A stretch of 58,844 nucleotides of DNA from Leucoraja ocellata (GCA_036785375.1 JAWMAR010004161.1:1-58844), one strand, 5' to 3'. Numbered from the stretch's first letter, positions 1 through 13,354 are shown. The notes: generated by a model from the sequence alone, not told the origin. Translations and numbers: made by a program.

Positions 1-799
1 GCTGGCGACAGCCACTCTTTGAGTAGATTAGGCCGAGATAGATTCTGGATTGAAGGGAACGGTGGATAATGGGATCAGGTGAAAATGTGGGCAAGGCAGC
101 CATGACATTGAAGGCTGGAGCAGACTCGAGACACATGGCAAAGTCCTATTTCCATTTTCTATGTTCCTTGCTTAGACCAGACACTGGGAGGATGGGGATG
201 GGACAGGATGAAAGCTGCTGATTTGGCCCTAGTTGGTCGGGTGCTGGAGGAAGAAGACGATGGGACAAAATGCAATAAATGAAATCAGATGCACAAGAGC
301 TGGAAAGAGTCTCTTGGTGGGACATTCCTACAACTACCAGTTCTTTTTCCCATTTACTTCCTCTCCTCCCGGACCCTCGACCACACAACTCTATCATTCG
401 ACAAGTCTGTCCCTCCACATTTGGGCCGTCCCTCCATGACTCACTTGGGTCCCGCCAGTCGAGGAAGTCTCGTAGGATGACGCCTGATTCAGAGGGGTCC
501 CTGCAACAAGCACAGTGATCTTGCAATAAGCCATTCTCCAATCAGAGGTACAGAGTCTTCAAGCACATGCATGGCATAAAATAAATGCAAGGGTATTGCA
601 ACTAGCCACTTCTCAGTGACCTAATTGTGGCCAATCTCTGTACAAGGACAAAGCGCTTTCTACAAACATTAAACTTACAAAACATTCAATCATTGATGTC
701 ATGAAGTTTCTCAATACCGCCTGAAATATTCAGCCTCCCTCAGGGGCAGAGTGGGTGGGGAGGGGGTAGTAGGGGCACGGTGGGAACAGAGGTGGGGCA

Positions 800-940
800 G
801 AGGGGGGAAAGCGAGAGACAGTGAGAGAAAGACAGAGCGAGAGAAAGAGTTTGCAAGAGAGAGAGAGAGCATGCAAGGGAGAAAAAAAAGAGAGAAAGCA
901 AGAGAGAGCTAGGAAGAGTGAGAGAGAGTGAGAGTGAGAA

Positions 941-972
<32 letters not shown>

Positions 973-1120
973 AGAGAGGGAAGAGAGAAAGAGAGGGAAC
1001 GAAAGAGAGAAAAGGAAAAAGAGAAAAGGCGAAAGTTAGGAATAGTGAGAAAGTGAAAGGGAAAGAGAAAGCTACAAAGGGAGAAGGAGAGAAAGAAAGA
1101 GAAAAAGAGAGAGAGAAAGC
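800..1120. repeat. Purine-rich (GA/GAAA) low-complexity tract
   Basis: Degenerate (GA)n and (GAAA)n run. Confidence 0.9.
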
Positions 1121-1246
1121 AAGATTAATGTGCATTGTTCTGACCTGTGTAGTAGATGATTTATTGTAGACTGTCGGGATGGTCGTAACACAAAATTGGA
1201 CACGTGAAATAATGGGAGAGTGAGCCCACACCCTGTATGTTCTCAC

Positions 1247-1344
1247 CTGCACTGTGACTGCTGGCTGGGCTGCTGGCAAAATCATCTGCTCCTGCACTTC
1301 CCAGGAAAGACAGGTTATCGGCAATCTGGCGAGCTGCACCTCGC
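1247..1344 (-). CDS. DEPDC5: DEPDC5 coding exon 23 (98 nt)
   Basis: cttacag| RGAARQIADNLSFLGSAGADDFASSPASSHSA |gtgag; phases fit the corrected upstream exon. Confidence 0.88.
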
Positions 1345-1555
1345 CTGTAAGAGAAAGCAGGCACACATCGGGATATGAAAGGAGGTTCCAGTCAGGTCAC
1401 TGGAGAGTGGATGAAACTGAAACAACACATGGTCAATAAAGTCCAGTCAGGCTTCTGGATTATACACCAGACTGTTCACACTGCACCAATGGGGCAGTGG
1501 AAACTGGAGTTATCCAACACCCCAACACGTGCGCAGAGACGCTTGGGTGAGACAG

Positions 1556-1862
1556 AGTTTAGTTTAACAGCGCGGAAACGGGCCTTTCGTCCCACCGAGT
1601 CCGAGTCAACCATTGATCCTAATACACTGGCACTATCCTACACACCACGGACAGTTCACAATTTTACCAAAGCCGATTAACCTACAAACCCGTAATGTCT
1701 TTGGAATGTGGGGGGAAACTGGAGCACCTGGAGAAAACCCATACGGTCACCAGGAGAACATGCAAACTCATAGTCAGACTCATACAGCAAGCACCCATAG
1801 TCAGGATCGAACCCGGGTCTCTGGCGCTGTAAGGCAGCAACTCTACTGCTGCGCCACTGTGA
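1556..1862 (-). mobile_element. HE1/V-SINE-type tRNA-derived SINE
   Basis: Reverse strand has A box TGGCGCAG, B box GGTTCGATCC, V-core and CR1-like tail with (CTAAA)n. Confidence 0.85.
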
Positions 1863-2244
1863 GAATGGGAGCCAGGGAGTGGAGGAAGAAGGGTGGGGAG
1901 AGGAAGTGGCAGTGGGGGGGGGGGGGGGGGGGGGGGGTGTTGAGGGAAGGAGAAGAAGAGCAAAAGAGTGACGAAGGGCAGGGCAGGGCAGAGCAGCAAG
2001 GAAGTGGGGTAGAGAGGATGTGTGGAGGAGTGAGGGAGGGGATGGACAAAGGGTGAGGGGGCAGTGGGGTTGAAAGGGCACGGAAGGCAGCTCTCTGCCT
2101 GATGAGATGTGGTTGCTCTCCAAGGGCACCAAAAAAGGTTGTTGGATGTTCATTCACAATGAGCTGCTGTGTAACACACCGGGAGCTGCAATGTGACTGC
2201 AGCATCTGGTGCACAGGGGCACTGCTCCTCGCATTCATGCCTAC

Positions 2245-2379
2245 CTGCCCGTGGCTTCATGATAGGCCAGCTCCAGCAGCTCTGCCGAGGTGTGAGTGGC
2301 ATTGCGGGCACCGCTGCCCTGAAGCTCTGCCATATGCTGCCGGGTCTGGTGGTGGATCTGGATGGCTTCGCCCGAGGGC
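2245..2379 (-). CDS. DEPDC5: DEPDC5 coding exon 22 (135 nt as assembled; apparent 1-nt deletion at 5' end)
   Basis: ctatag| [44 protein letters not shown] |gtaggc. Confidence 0.93.
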
Positions 2380-3187
2380 CTATAGAGGAAACACAGGCTT
2401 GTACATCACAGCCAGCTCCACACTACATAGGAGTGTGTGAAAAAACCACACGCACACACGGAGAGGGTGGAGAGGGTTGGTCCAGCTTGGAAGCGTGGAT
2501 GGGTTCGGTATTAAGCACGTCCACCTCAGAATCTGAAGGTTAGATCTCCAAACAACGGAAACAGAAGATGCTGGAAAAACTCAGCAAATCAGGCAGCTTT
2601 CGTTGAAGGAGAAACATAAAAAACCTTTCATCAATAGAGAAAGTGCGTTAGTCCAGGTAGCAGAACAGATGGAGAGGGCAAAGCACGACCGTGCTAACCA
2701 TCAAGCCCCCTTTTCACCACGGATTTCCTATCTAGCTGCAACGATGATGGGAGCACATTGGAGGCTAAACAGGACCTTGTTTTAGTCTGGTATACAGCCC
2801 ACCAATAACTGAGCCATTCACAGTTTGCTCGCTGATAGAGGAAAGACCATGCGAACTGGTACTTTTCGCTGATGATGGGTAGGTCTGATGATGAATTGGG
2901 CAGGTCTGGTCAATGATTCATTCATGGCGAGTAAAACCTGCAGCTGTCATGTTCAACTAAGAATGATAACTAACAAAAGAATGAGTTTCCCCACCCATTG
3001 ATTCTTCTTGCAATACATTTTAATACGAGCTCCAAGCAGGAGTGAGTGCACCCATATCTTCAAAGTGGTCAGACCGAGAGCCAGCCCTGTACATGACTGT
3101 GAACATCGCAGTAAGTGTCCTCTGCTCACTCCCCTCTAGCCCACAGTGCCTCCAGTGTACTGCAGCAGTCTTAGCTGCTGAACTGGT

Positions 3188-3700
3188 TTGGTTTAGTTTA
3201 GTTTAGAGATACAGGCGCGGAAACAGTCCCTTCAGCCCACCGAGAGCGCACCCACCGACCAGCGATCCCGCACATTGATACTATCCCACTCGCACTAGGG
3301 ACAATTTACATTTATACCAATTCAATTACCTACAAACCTGTGCGTCATTGGAGTGCGAAGATCTCGAAGAAAACAGGGATTTATTGACCAGTTAGCTTGA
3401 CATTGTACGGGGAAGATGCTGGAGTCAATTATAAAAGATGAAATAGCAGCACATTTGGATAGCAGTAACAGGATCGGTCTGAATCAGCATGGATTTACGA
3501 TGGGGAAATCATGCTTGACTAATCTTCTAGAATTTTTGAAGATGCAACTAGGAAATTGAACAAGGGTGAGCCAGTGGATGTAGTGTACTGGACTTTCAGA
3601 AAGCATTTGATAAGTTTCCACATAGTGGGCAAAATTATAGCACATGGTATTAGGGGTAGGGTACTGACATGGATAGAAAATTGGTTGGCTGACCATTCAG
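3188..3700. mobile_element. SINE 3' fragment (-) joined to CR1-type RT fragment (+)
   Basis: SINE tail 3188-3372; KMLESIIKDEIAAHL..QHGFTMGKSCLTNLLEF motif after about 3375. Confidence 0.75.
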
Positions 3701-3814
3701 AAAGTGCAGTTAACCCAAGTAGCACTTGGGGCAACCATCCATGAGCAAAGCTACCAGCTAGCTTTCCTTTCAGTTTCGTACTGTGTGTAATGAGGAGCCA
3801 GCCCACTCACTTAC

Positions 3815-4019
3815 CCACGGGAACGTGTGCATCCACCTCCTCCGGTTGGACGTCAGCTTCATGGGCATCCGGGGAAGGTGCAAATGGGTTTGATGAGTGC
3901 CCGCTGGGGTGTGTACCCGCCGGGCCGTATATGCAGCATGGACTCAGCGCTGCCCACATGGAAACGTCCTGGAGCACTGGAGTCCCGCTGCTGTGAGTCG
4001 ATCATTCGCTCCAGGATAT
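3815..4019 (-). CDS. DEPDC5: DEPDC5 coding exon 21 (205 nt as assembled; three homopolymer indels)
   Basis: ttgcag| [68 protein letters not shown] |gtaagt. Confidence 0.93.
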
Positions 4020-4155
4020 CTGCAACATCGAGGTTGGAAACAGCAGAAGGATTAGGTTCAGCAGGAAATTGTAACCAAAATCCCCGCTATCAGAAATGTC
4101 AGCAAATGCTGGTCTGACACCTCCTGATGGCACACAACAATACATCAAGTGGCAC

Positions 4156-4451
4156 TTAGTTTAGTTTATTTCAGAGTACAGCGCGCAGAAACACCCGAGT
4201 CCGCGCCTGACCAGCGATCCCCGTACACTAGCGTTATCCAAGTACACACACCAAGGACAATTTACAATTTTTACAGGTCAATTAACCTACAAACCTGTAT
4301 GGCTTTGGAGTGTGGGAGGAAACCGGATCTCCCGGAGAAAACGCACGTGGTCCCAGGGAGAATGTACAAACTGACAGCACCCGTAGTCAGGATCGAACCG
4401 GGGTCTCTGGCGCTGAAAGGCAGCAACTCTACCGCTGCGTTATCGTGCCGC
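4156..4451 (-). mobile_element. HE1/V-SINE-type SINE
   Basis: Similar to 1556-1862 over its full length. Confidence 0.85.
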
Positions 4452-5206
4452 CTTAGTGCTATTGTGCTGGGTTTCCTAAGTCTGCAATCTCAAGGATGAC
4501 CCGCGTGTCAGAGCACAGCCCACGTACAGCAGTCTGCAATTCTGTAGTACAGATCCTGATATCAGGGCCAGAAGGTATATAATAAATGGCAGAATCTGTA
4601 GTGTAGAGTCAGGACAATACACCACATCATCCTAACTAACTAATGAATCTCAGGGTGGAGAACTCCAAGCTGCCCTTTCAACAACATTCTGACCTTTGCC
4701 AGGGCTAAAAGGCAGGTCTGGAATAAACTTGGGACATTCACAGGACCACCAACAATCTGCTGAAGGAACAGGGGATTGAGCAGCATTTATAGGGGAAAGG
4801 AACTATTGATGTTTTGAATGAAAACCATTTATCCTGAATCCAGTGTTGATATGATCTTTCAAAGTCCGGATGTCGGGCTTCAAACGGAATCATCAACAGT
4901 TCCTTTCCCTCCTCAGATGCTGCCTAACCCCCTGAAATGTTCCAGTAGATGGCTTGTTGCTCTACATTCCTGCATCTGTAATCTCCACATTCACCAGGAC
5001 GTTTTGCTACGTTGAAGCTGTTATATAAATGCACTGTCGTTATGCCAGTGCTGGGAGATGTACCCAGATCAGTCTTGGGACTACACTGCAAATGAGACGG
5101 GCACAAAATGACCAAAGTCGTCACCATCCCTCTCAGCTGGACCTCAAGAGCGCGGCATAAAGCCGCACTTACAATAAAATTGTAGAAATCCAAGCACGCT
5201 CCTCAC

Positions 5207-5420
5207 CCCTGGTGCTGGTGTAACCCAGAGAACTGCTGACTTCGTACTGGTGGAGGTGGGGCCGTGGGATCAGGAGGATGTTTGAAATCTTTCCCAGGGA
5301 GCTGTCATCTGAGGCCTGGCTCCGGACCTCCTCCAGGGGCAGGGTACCTCGGTGGTGGGTGGGCTGTTCGAAACGTCAAAGGAGCTGGAACTCTTTCTGG
5401 TGTGACTCTCGCGTACAGGC
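5207..5420 (-). CDS. DEPDC5: DEPDC5 coding exon 20 (214 nt as assembled; apparent 1-nt deletion near 5351-5363)
   Basis: tcctag| [68 protein letters not shown] |gtgag. Confidence 0.92.
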
Positions 5421-5624
5421 CTAGGATCAGAGACATAAAACGCCAGTTATTCTACGTATTTCTACGCATATTAGTTTGATCAAGAGGTGGAAGGCAAGTT
5501 ACTGGAGCCATTCTGCTCTGCAGTAGGTTTGAAAATCCCAATAGTTACCAACGTGCAAATTTGTCTTGGGGGGGGGGGGGGGGGGGGGGGGGGGACAGGG
5601 TGAGGATTGAACAGTGATATATAT

Positions 5625-6010
5625 AAGATTCAAGATTCAAGAGAATTTATTGTCATGTTTCCCTGATAGGACAATGAAATTCTTGCTTTGCTTCAGCACA
5701 CAGAACATAGTAGGCATGACTACAGAACAGATCAGTGTATCCATATACCATTATATAAATATATACACACATGAATAAATAAACTAATAAAGTGCAAATA
5801 ACAGATAATGGGCTATTAATGTTCAGAGTTTTGTCCGAGCCAAGTATAATAGCCTGATGGTTGTGGGGAAGTAGCTATTCCTGAACCTGGTCGTTGCAGT
5901 CTTCAGGCTCCTGTACCTTCTACCTGAAGGTAGCGGGGAGAGGTGTGTGGCCAGGATGGTGTGGGTCCTTGATGATACTGCCAGTCTTTTTGAGGCAGCG
6001 ACTGCGATAT
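5625..6010 (-). mobile_element. Rex1/Babar-type LINE 3' fragment
   Basis: LPSGRRYRSLKTATTRFRNSYFPTTIRLL; (CTTGAAT)n tail. Confidence 0.75.
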
Positions 6011-6254
6011 AACCTAGCAAATCAATGAAAGAACTCAGGAATAGTCCTTTCATAATAGAATAATATTCTGAACACAAAGCACCTTATTCGGAGTCTTCAT
6101 CTTCTTGCGTATGATGTGCACAGCCTAAAGTTGTAGGTCAACTTGTTCTATTTGACCTTTTGTTTGTGCACGTCGGGTTGATTGCATTAGTCGAAACAAG
6201 TGGACCACGTGAAGGTTGCAATCTCCCGCCCATTCCTGGAGTGCAGGTGGCAAA

Positions 6255-6625
6255 GCAGTGATCTTATAGAGGTGTATATAATCAGGAGGGGATTAGATAG
6301 GGTGGGTGCACAGTCTTTTACCTAAAGTAGGGACATCAAGAACCAGTGGACATGGGTTTAAGCTGAGAGGAGAAAGTTCCAACAGGAACCTGAGGGGCAA
6401 CTGTTTCCACACAGAGGGCGGTGGGTATACGGAATGAGCATCCAGAGGAGGTTGTTGAGGCAGGGACCATTACAACATTTAAATGAAAACTGGACAGATA
6501 CATGGATAGGAAAGGTTAAGAGGGATATAGGCCAAACATGAGCAGGACTAGCGTAGGTGGGGCATCTTGGTTGGCTTGGGCAAGTTGGGCCTGGACCTGT
6601 TTCTGTGCTGTAAGACTATAACTCT
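6255..6625 (+). mobile_element. CR1-type LINE 3' end
   Basis: DLIEVYIIRRGLDRV and FFTQRVV-like remnants; GGGCC..CCTGTTTC tail. Confidence 0.75.
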
Positions 6626-6679
6626 AAAATAAGATTCCAGAAAGGAAACAAAGTCTTGAGCAACAGTCGTAAAATTCAC

Positions 6680-6805
6680 CTGAAGGAGGTGGGCCTTTGA
6701 GCACAAGATGGTCCTGGTAACCGGAATACCTGGCCATCGTACCCATCGTAATCCACCTGGATCGGGAGGTTGTTCTCCGATTCTTTGGGCTGCTGGCACC
6801 AATGG
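6680..6805 (-). CDS. DEPDC5: DEPDC5 coding exon 19 (126 nt as assembled; apparent 1-nt deletion at G run 6787-6789)
   Basis: ctttag| [43 protein letters not shown] |gtgaat; the frame needs one more base. Confidence 0.92.
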
Positions 6806-7946
6806 CTAAAGATGAAGCAAAGCAGAATGAACAAGGGCAGGATGATGAAGATCCATGGTTCTTTCCTTCAACGGCTGTAAACCGCACTATCGTCCCTCAC
6901 AGAGTCGCCACAATCCCATATAAGCCGAACAACACAGAGCTTTAATGGATGCCTAACAACACTGCCTTTGTTCTAGCTTCATGTTGCTTCTAAATCCTCT
7001 TGGCCAAATTATCAACAGAGACAAAGAATTACCTAACACTTAATTTATTACAGATCATTGAAATCCATTAAAGCTCTGCATTACATTTAAGGTTGGGACT
7101 TGTTGGCTCGTCCCATTTGGGAATTCTTTGAAGGAGCACAAGATACTGCGTTAAGGTTACAAACCAAGAATTGGGAAGTGTGGTCAAGCTTGACACAATG
7201 GAGCCAATGGCCTCCTCCTGTGCTGCCAGGCCAATGGGTGCTGAGGCCAATCAGCACCCCCTCACCACCTGCCATCTGACTCTACTGCGTGGCCATCCAC
7301 ACAGTCCTATTTCATCCCAGCACGGGACAACCACGGACTGCGGATTAACCCACGAGCCCTGCTGTGAGCAACCCTGGAGAAATTCACACAGAATCATCAT
7401 TACAGTGACCTCCAATAACTCTATAAAGTATCTTTCACCAATGGTCAAGGCTAATCCACACTTCTGATGAGAGGTTATCTGAAACGTGATCAGTTTCCCT
7501 CCCCACAGATGCTGCCTGACCCGCTGAGTGATTCCTGCATTTTCTGCTTTTACTCAAAATAAATGCAATTGGGCCAAAAACAGTCTGTGCCCTTCACAGC
7601 TGGAGCGGGAGGATGGATGGTTGTGGTGCTGCTTCATGTGGCAGAATCTCCAGGAATATTTCGGCTGGAGTTGGGAGCCCTTATCTTAACTCGCGGAGCG
7701 CAGCTGGATTTTCCAGCTTTTACTGAATCTCTCCAGCGTTACTGATTACCAATTCATTTAAAGGCAGCAGGCATCTGATTATCAGGAGTCTGCAGCAGAT
7801 ATAAGGAACCAAACCTCCAACAGATCACTCCCATTTTACCACAGGCCCAGTTTTGCCAAGTACATCACTGACAGGGTCCAACATTTCCTTCACTATGGGC
7901 TAATCTCCATGGCAACACACAAGTGAGAGATGTCGCAAGTACTTAC

Positions 7947-7983
7947 TGTTATCTCGATTCGTTTTGCTTCTCTCTACGGGTGT
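7947..7983 (-). CDS. DEPDC5: DEPDC5 coding exon 18 (37 nt)
   Basis: ctccag| TPVERSKTNRDN |gtaagt; position and size fit the short PASEKAKNGRDT exon of mammals. Confidence 0.88.
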
Positions 7984-8649
7984 CTGGAGAAACAGAACAG
8001 GCCTTTAGTGAAATCATTCAATGCAAGAGATTTAAATATAATAATGATCATGCAAACTGGAATTAAAACCCACATCTTGAAACATCCTCTAAAAGAAAAA
8101 CACCAACCTTGAAACAGAAATATCAGGTAGGAGAAGTCCCACCTATCCAACCAAAGAGAGGGGAGTGGGGCTCGTAGACTGGGGGAAGTGGTAGAAATAT
8201 CTCGGGGGGGGGGGGTAACGACTTCACGGCACACAGGTAGATCTTAAAAGTATTTATTAAAAAAATATCTGATTACTGTTTTTGCAACCAAGGTAAGTAA
8301 AGGACCAAGGGCAAGCTTTTTGGTTGCAGAAAGACTAAACCATGAGAACAATAAACTCTTCACACCTGGAACCACTTACATTGATGGCACAGCTGGAATT
8401 CCCATTAATTGAGGGAACTCACCCCTGCAGTAACACACACTTTCCTGAAGTAAGGGCCTCACAGCAGGTGGGGAACCCGGCTGAAGCTGCTCTTCAATGA
8501 GAATGGGCATGAACTGCTGCCTGGCCTGGTTCAGTTAATCCAGTTCAGGCCTGCCACTGAACTTGAATACCCAGGCCACACACAGTACATACCACTCGCG
8601 TCTTGTTTAAACCATTGTGATCATCTATTCCCTCTCAAACTCCACAGTT

Positions 8650-9360
8650 ATAGAAAATAGAACGGTACAGCACAGGAACAAGCTCTTTAGCCCACAATGT
8701 CGATACTGAAAATGATTCCAAGACCAAATCTTACCTGCCTGCAAATAATCTATATCCCTCCATTCTTGGCTTATCAATATGCCTATCCAATAGACTCTTA
8801 AATACCACTATCATATCTGCCTCAACCACTGCCCCCGGCAGCACATTCCAGCATTCTGTGCAAAAATAAAAGTACCGCACATGACCTTTAAACTTTGTCC
8901 TCTCACCTTAAAGCAATGCCATCTAATATTTGATATTTTTATCCTTGGGAAAAAGTTCAGACTGTCTACCCTATCTTTGCCTCTCATCATTTTATATACT
9001 TCTATCAGGTCTCCCTGCAACCTCTGGCACTCCAGAGAAAACGATCCATGTCTGTTCAACCTCTCCCTGTAATTAATACCCCCTAATCCAGGCATCATTC
9101 TAGTCAACCTCATCTGTACCCTTACCAAAGCCTCCACATCCTTCCTGCAGTAGGATGACCATAACTGCACGCAATACTCCAAATGCATCTTAACCAAAGT
9201 CCTCTAAAGCTGCATCATGACCTTCTGTCTCAATGCCCCATCCATATGCCTTCTTTACCAATCTACCTACTTGTGTTGCCAGTTTCAGGGAGTAATGGAC
9301 TTGGAACACAAGATCCCTCTGCACATCAGTGCTGTTAAGAGTCATGCCATTAATTGTAAA
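8650..9360 (-). mobile_element. CR1-type LINE 3' fragment
   Basis: HLEYCVQLWSSY..ALVRVQMRLTRMMPGL..GDLIEVYKMMRG. Confidence 0.85.
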
Positions 9361-9465
9361 TTAAACAACGTGTGCCCCTGAGGAGCTCTCATTAACGTTA
9401 ATACCCAATGCCTCACATTTTGTAAAAGCTTATGCATTTCATGCCTCAATCTATCCACAACTCAC

Positions 9466-9535
9466 TTTCCTTGCTGCAAGTTTAATGCGAGGAATGAAGC
9501 CATCACAATATAACTGACTCTTGGACGTGTAGAAG
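9466..9535 (-). CDS. DEPDC5: DEPDC5 coding exon 17 (70 nt)
   Basis: ttacag| FYTSKSQLYCDGFIPRIKLAARK |gtgag. Confidence 0.95.
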
Positions 9536-10896
9536 CTGTAAATAAACAGAAGAAACCAAGTCAGTCCACAAAGAAACTTCCAAAAAGGCACACTTTGCTT
9601 GTATAATAAAAAACCGACAAACAAAATCCAAAATTGGTTACATTATAAATATAAAACGGCATCCAGTTTTTCAATGCAGGTTCAGTTTCAATTTGAGAAC
9701 CACTTCAATGCCCACCTCTGTTGTCGACTTTCATCTCTGCCTTTCCACGTGCCACTCTCCCTGTACTTCTCACATATTTTACTGTTCCTTCACATCTCCC
9801 TTGAGCCCACCCCTCCCTCCCCACACCCGAAATTAAAACACAGTAGCAATAAAAAGCAGAAAAGCACCGTACAAGTGCTTTTAACTTGGGGTAAAAGGCA
9901 GGTTCGCCAAAAAACATACAGAATCATGTAATTTTGGTGGATTAGGTAACAATAAACAAGGATCTCAGCCACCTAGAGTTTCTGAGTCTTGATCCAACGT
10001 GGAACAGATTGTTGACTACAAAACAGGAGGACTGCAGGCCCATGAACCTGCTCTCTTTCCATCCCCATTTAACCATCACTTCTCACCTTTACTGGCTACA
10101 CTCCAGATCCACATAATCTTCCCATCCCAACCAACTACATTTCACCTTTATTCCAGATGTGTGCACCACCCTATTCCAATGTAACAATCACACTTCACCA
10201 ATGCTGTGGCTGAATGGTGGGAACGTGAAAGCTGGTGACCCTCTCCCTTGATGTTGATGCCCGGTGGATTAGGTGAGCACACACTGTACCATGGATGTGC
10301 TGGGGAGGGAAAAGTCCCACACAGCCTTCAGGGAATACTGCCCACAGCAGGCAGATTTTCTGTACTTCCGCTGAATGGCTCAGAGAAAGAGACGGCAAGG
10401 AGGAGTTTTCTTGTTTCGATTCTTCACGCGCCAGAGCACAGAACATATTCGAAGTGTGGTTACCACAATAATGGGTGATTTACAGGAACTTATTCATGTA
10501 CGGTAAATTCATACCTACATCAATGAAACATTGGTTGAGGGCTATATAATGGCCACCACATCACAGAGGACTCCTGCTTTCATTTATATTTTATCAAAAA
10601 ATCTTTTTTAATACGTTTTACCCAAGGAAGCAGAAATGGTGTTGGCTCATCATCCCATCGGTAGATACACCTCGGCAGTGCAGTACCCAGTACTGCACTG
10701 AGCACGGACCCGAGTCCTAGCCTCCACTTTCCGCAGTGGAACTCAGATCCATGGCCTTCGCCTGTCTACCTTCTGACAAAGGACCAGCTTACACAGACCC
10801 AAGGCACTGGCTGTGTTGGCTTTATAGCTGAGTTTGCTGCAGTCACACCGACATCCATTTGGCGGCAAGGAAAGTGAACCTGCGACGACTACCCAC

Positions 10897-10970
10897 CTGT
10901 GGTTTATCCAGTGGGGAATGTTGTAGTCATCACCCAGCCGGGAATCTCCAGGGATACTTCGATTGTGCAG
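10897..10970 (-). CDS. DEPDC5: DEPDC5 coding exon 16 (74 nt)
   Basis: gaacag| [25 protein letters not shown] |gtgggt. Confidence 0.96.
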
Positions 10971-13354
10971 CTGTTCAATAGAGAGAAGTTTAAATATTTC
11001 ACACCAACAAAACACAGAAAATTCCAGGAGAACATTGCAGAGCTTAGTGAAGGATAACATGAACCAACCTGGGCAGGAAGGCCAAGGTTGTAACCATGAA
11101 TAAACATTATAAACAAGACCTGGTGTTATGCAGGGCCACCACCCCTCCTGATCTAATCAGCATCTCAGCAGGCTGCTCGTGTGCAAGGCACGCTTCTGAC
11201 ACCCATCAACTGCACATTTCAGGGCCAAAGAAAGCAAGCCTTTCTTGATCCGGGTCCTCTGATGCACCAGCATTTATAAATCACTATATAAAGATTGAAA
11301 CATGACTGAACTAGACTATAGAGGAGAGATTACTGGGCATTCATCACAGTCGCTGAGCTGAGTGTTCATGAGGACCCAATTGTATTATGACGGGTGGACT
11401 TCTTTGCAATCAGACATCTGTGAAACTGTGGAAGGTTCGAGAACTTGCAAAGTGTGAATATTGCCTCCCTGTTGCATGTGTTACTGAGCGGCTTACGGAA
11501 CCTACAATGCTGGAGAAAAGATTAAAATTTCTAACACTGGACCGGATGGAAGGCAGCTCTAAAGTTCCACAATAGCAAGGCCACTGTCCACTATAAACAG
11601 TATACATTCCTCATCATTCAGATGTTCCAGGGTGGTTTTCTATTGTATCTGACACTTGGCCTTCCCATGAAACCCAAAATGCTCAGGCCTGAACTCTGAT
11701 ACAAGAAAGTAACCGTGCCAGTAGGAGTTCAGAAGGAATGAACCTCTGTAAGAGTTAATGCGACAGCCGCCATTTTATACAACTAGTTCCAACCATTTTG
11801 AGCTGTAACCTCCATTTTGTATTGATGCTAATTTAAAGTGCTGAGTGCTGCAATAATATTATTGCAAGCACGTATGAAGTGAGCTCATTCTGTCTGCAAG
11901 AACTAAGATAAGAGCTGCTCTCAGAGCTAGTGTCCTGCAGAAAGGTGGGTACAGAACAATGGAGGCTTTGTGACTGCCCTAGACTCGTCAAACCTCCCTT
12001 ACATTCTCATAGCTTACTAACATATTGAGAAACTATAATCATTTTAACTGAGCTTCTTTGTTCTTCAACCTGTTTTTGCTGTATAAATATGACTGTATCT
12101 CCATGTATTGCTCGGAGAGGGAATAGAGGCAGGTTTTTGTGTGGACCACTCCTCACCTTGCTTGTATTCCTCACCTAGGTGACATCACGAGTAAAGACTA
12201 TTTTTACTTTGAAACTTGTGTTTTTAGTTATTTTACTTGTTCAGCTCAGCAACAAGGAAAAGGTAAACAGTGCAGTTGCTGCCATGGCAAATTTAGAAAT
12301 CTTTGAGGCAGAAAATAGAAGCTGTGTTGCCAAAACTAACTTCTGAAGGGTGGATTATCAACAAGCAGGTCCCTCTGGAAATTGGGTTTTGATAACTAAC
12401 CTGAACAAAGGACCATTCAGCCCCTAGTTGAATATTCTCATGGAACAACATATTATGTGGTGCCACAACAAATATCTTCTGGAAATCTAATTACATTACA
12501 TTCACTAGTCCTCTTTATCTGTTTTCTGTAATGATCAAAGAATTTCAATGAATTAGTCAAACACCAATTCTCTTTCATTAAAGGACATCAACTCTGCATG
12601 CATTATGGCTTTCTAAAGATCCTCTTGATGCCCCCTTAATAACCCCAGTATTTCCCCAATGATATGCCCTTGGCTAACTGGATTATATCTTCCTGTCCAT
12701 CTTCCCCTTATTTCCCAATCCCCTGCAACTATTCCAGAATCCAGAATATTTGGGAAGTTGGCAACAAATGGCTCTGAAACCCTGGGATGCAGGTGGTCAG
12801 ATCAGGGGGACATCAGCCTATGGCACATTTTCTCTTTGTTCAAGTTCCTCCCTCACTTTAGCTCTGAACCTTACATTATTAGGACACTTTCACTTTCTTC
12901 CACCAGGGAGACAGATGCAAAACATCTGTTCAAAGTCTCACATTTCCTGTAATTATTTCTACTCTTTCACCCTAGTCGCTTTTATAAACTAACGAAAACA
13001 GACATTAAGACTTTCTATATTTCTTCTTTGCTTATACACTCAATTTATTTTTCCCATCTTTATTTGGCAGATTCTTTAACTTCTGACTAGTCTTTGTTCA
13101 CCATGGATAATATCCTTCTCTTAAAATCTCTACTGTTCAATTAAATGCATCTTAATGAATGATCTCTTTAAATGTGTGCTTCTGTTCCACTATATTTCTT
13201 ATTTTCCATATTCCCTGACCACACTGCCAACCATGATTAATTATCATTGTAACTACCCTCATTTAAGGCCCAAGGCTCTCACCCTGACACTGAAAGTTCT
13301 CTCATGTTGTGATCATCTTTTCCATCCCGTGGAGGGGAGTGTAGAAGTTACCTA

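Noticed and set aside
740-1366. 208-aa and 83-aa ORFs
   Set aside because: Produced by the GA-rich low-complexity tract; only 1247-1344, in another frame, is a real exon.
5567-5594. Long poly-G runs (also near 1913, 8203, 20525, 30272, 57584)
   Set aside because: Simple homopolymers of unreliable length; no evidence of function.
2245-6805. Calling DEPDC5 a pseudogene
   Set aside because: All lesions are clustered homopolymer indels; splice sites and protein conservation are intact.
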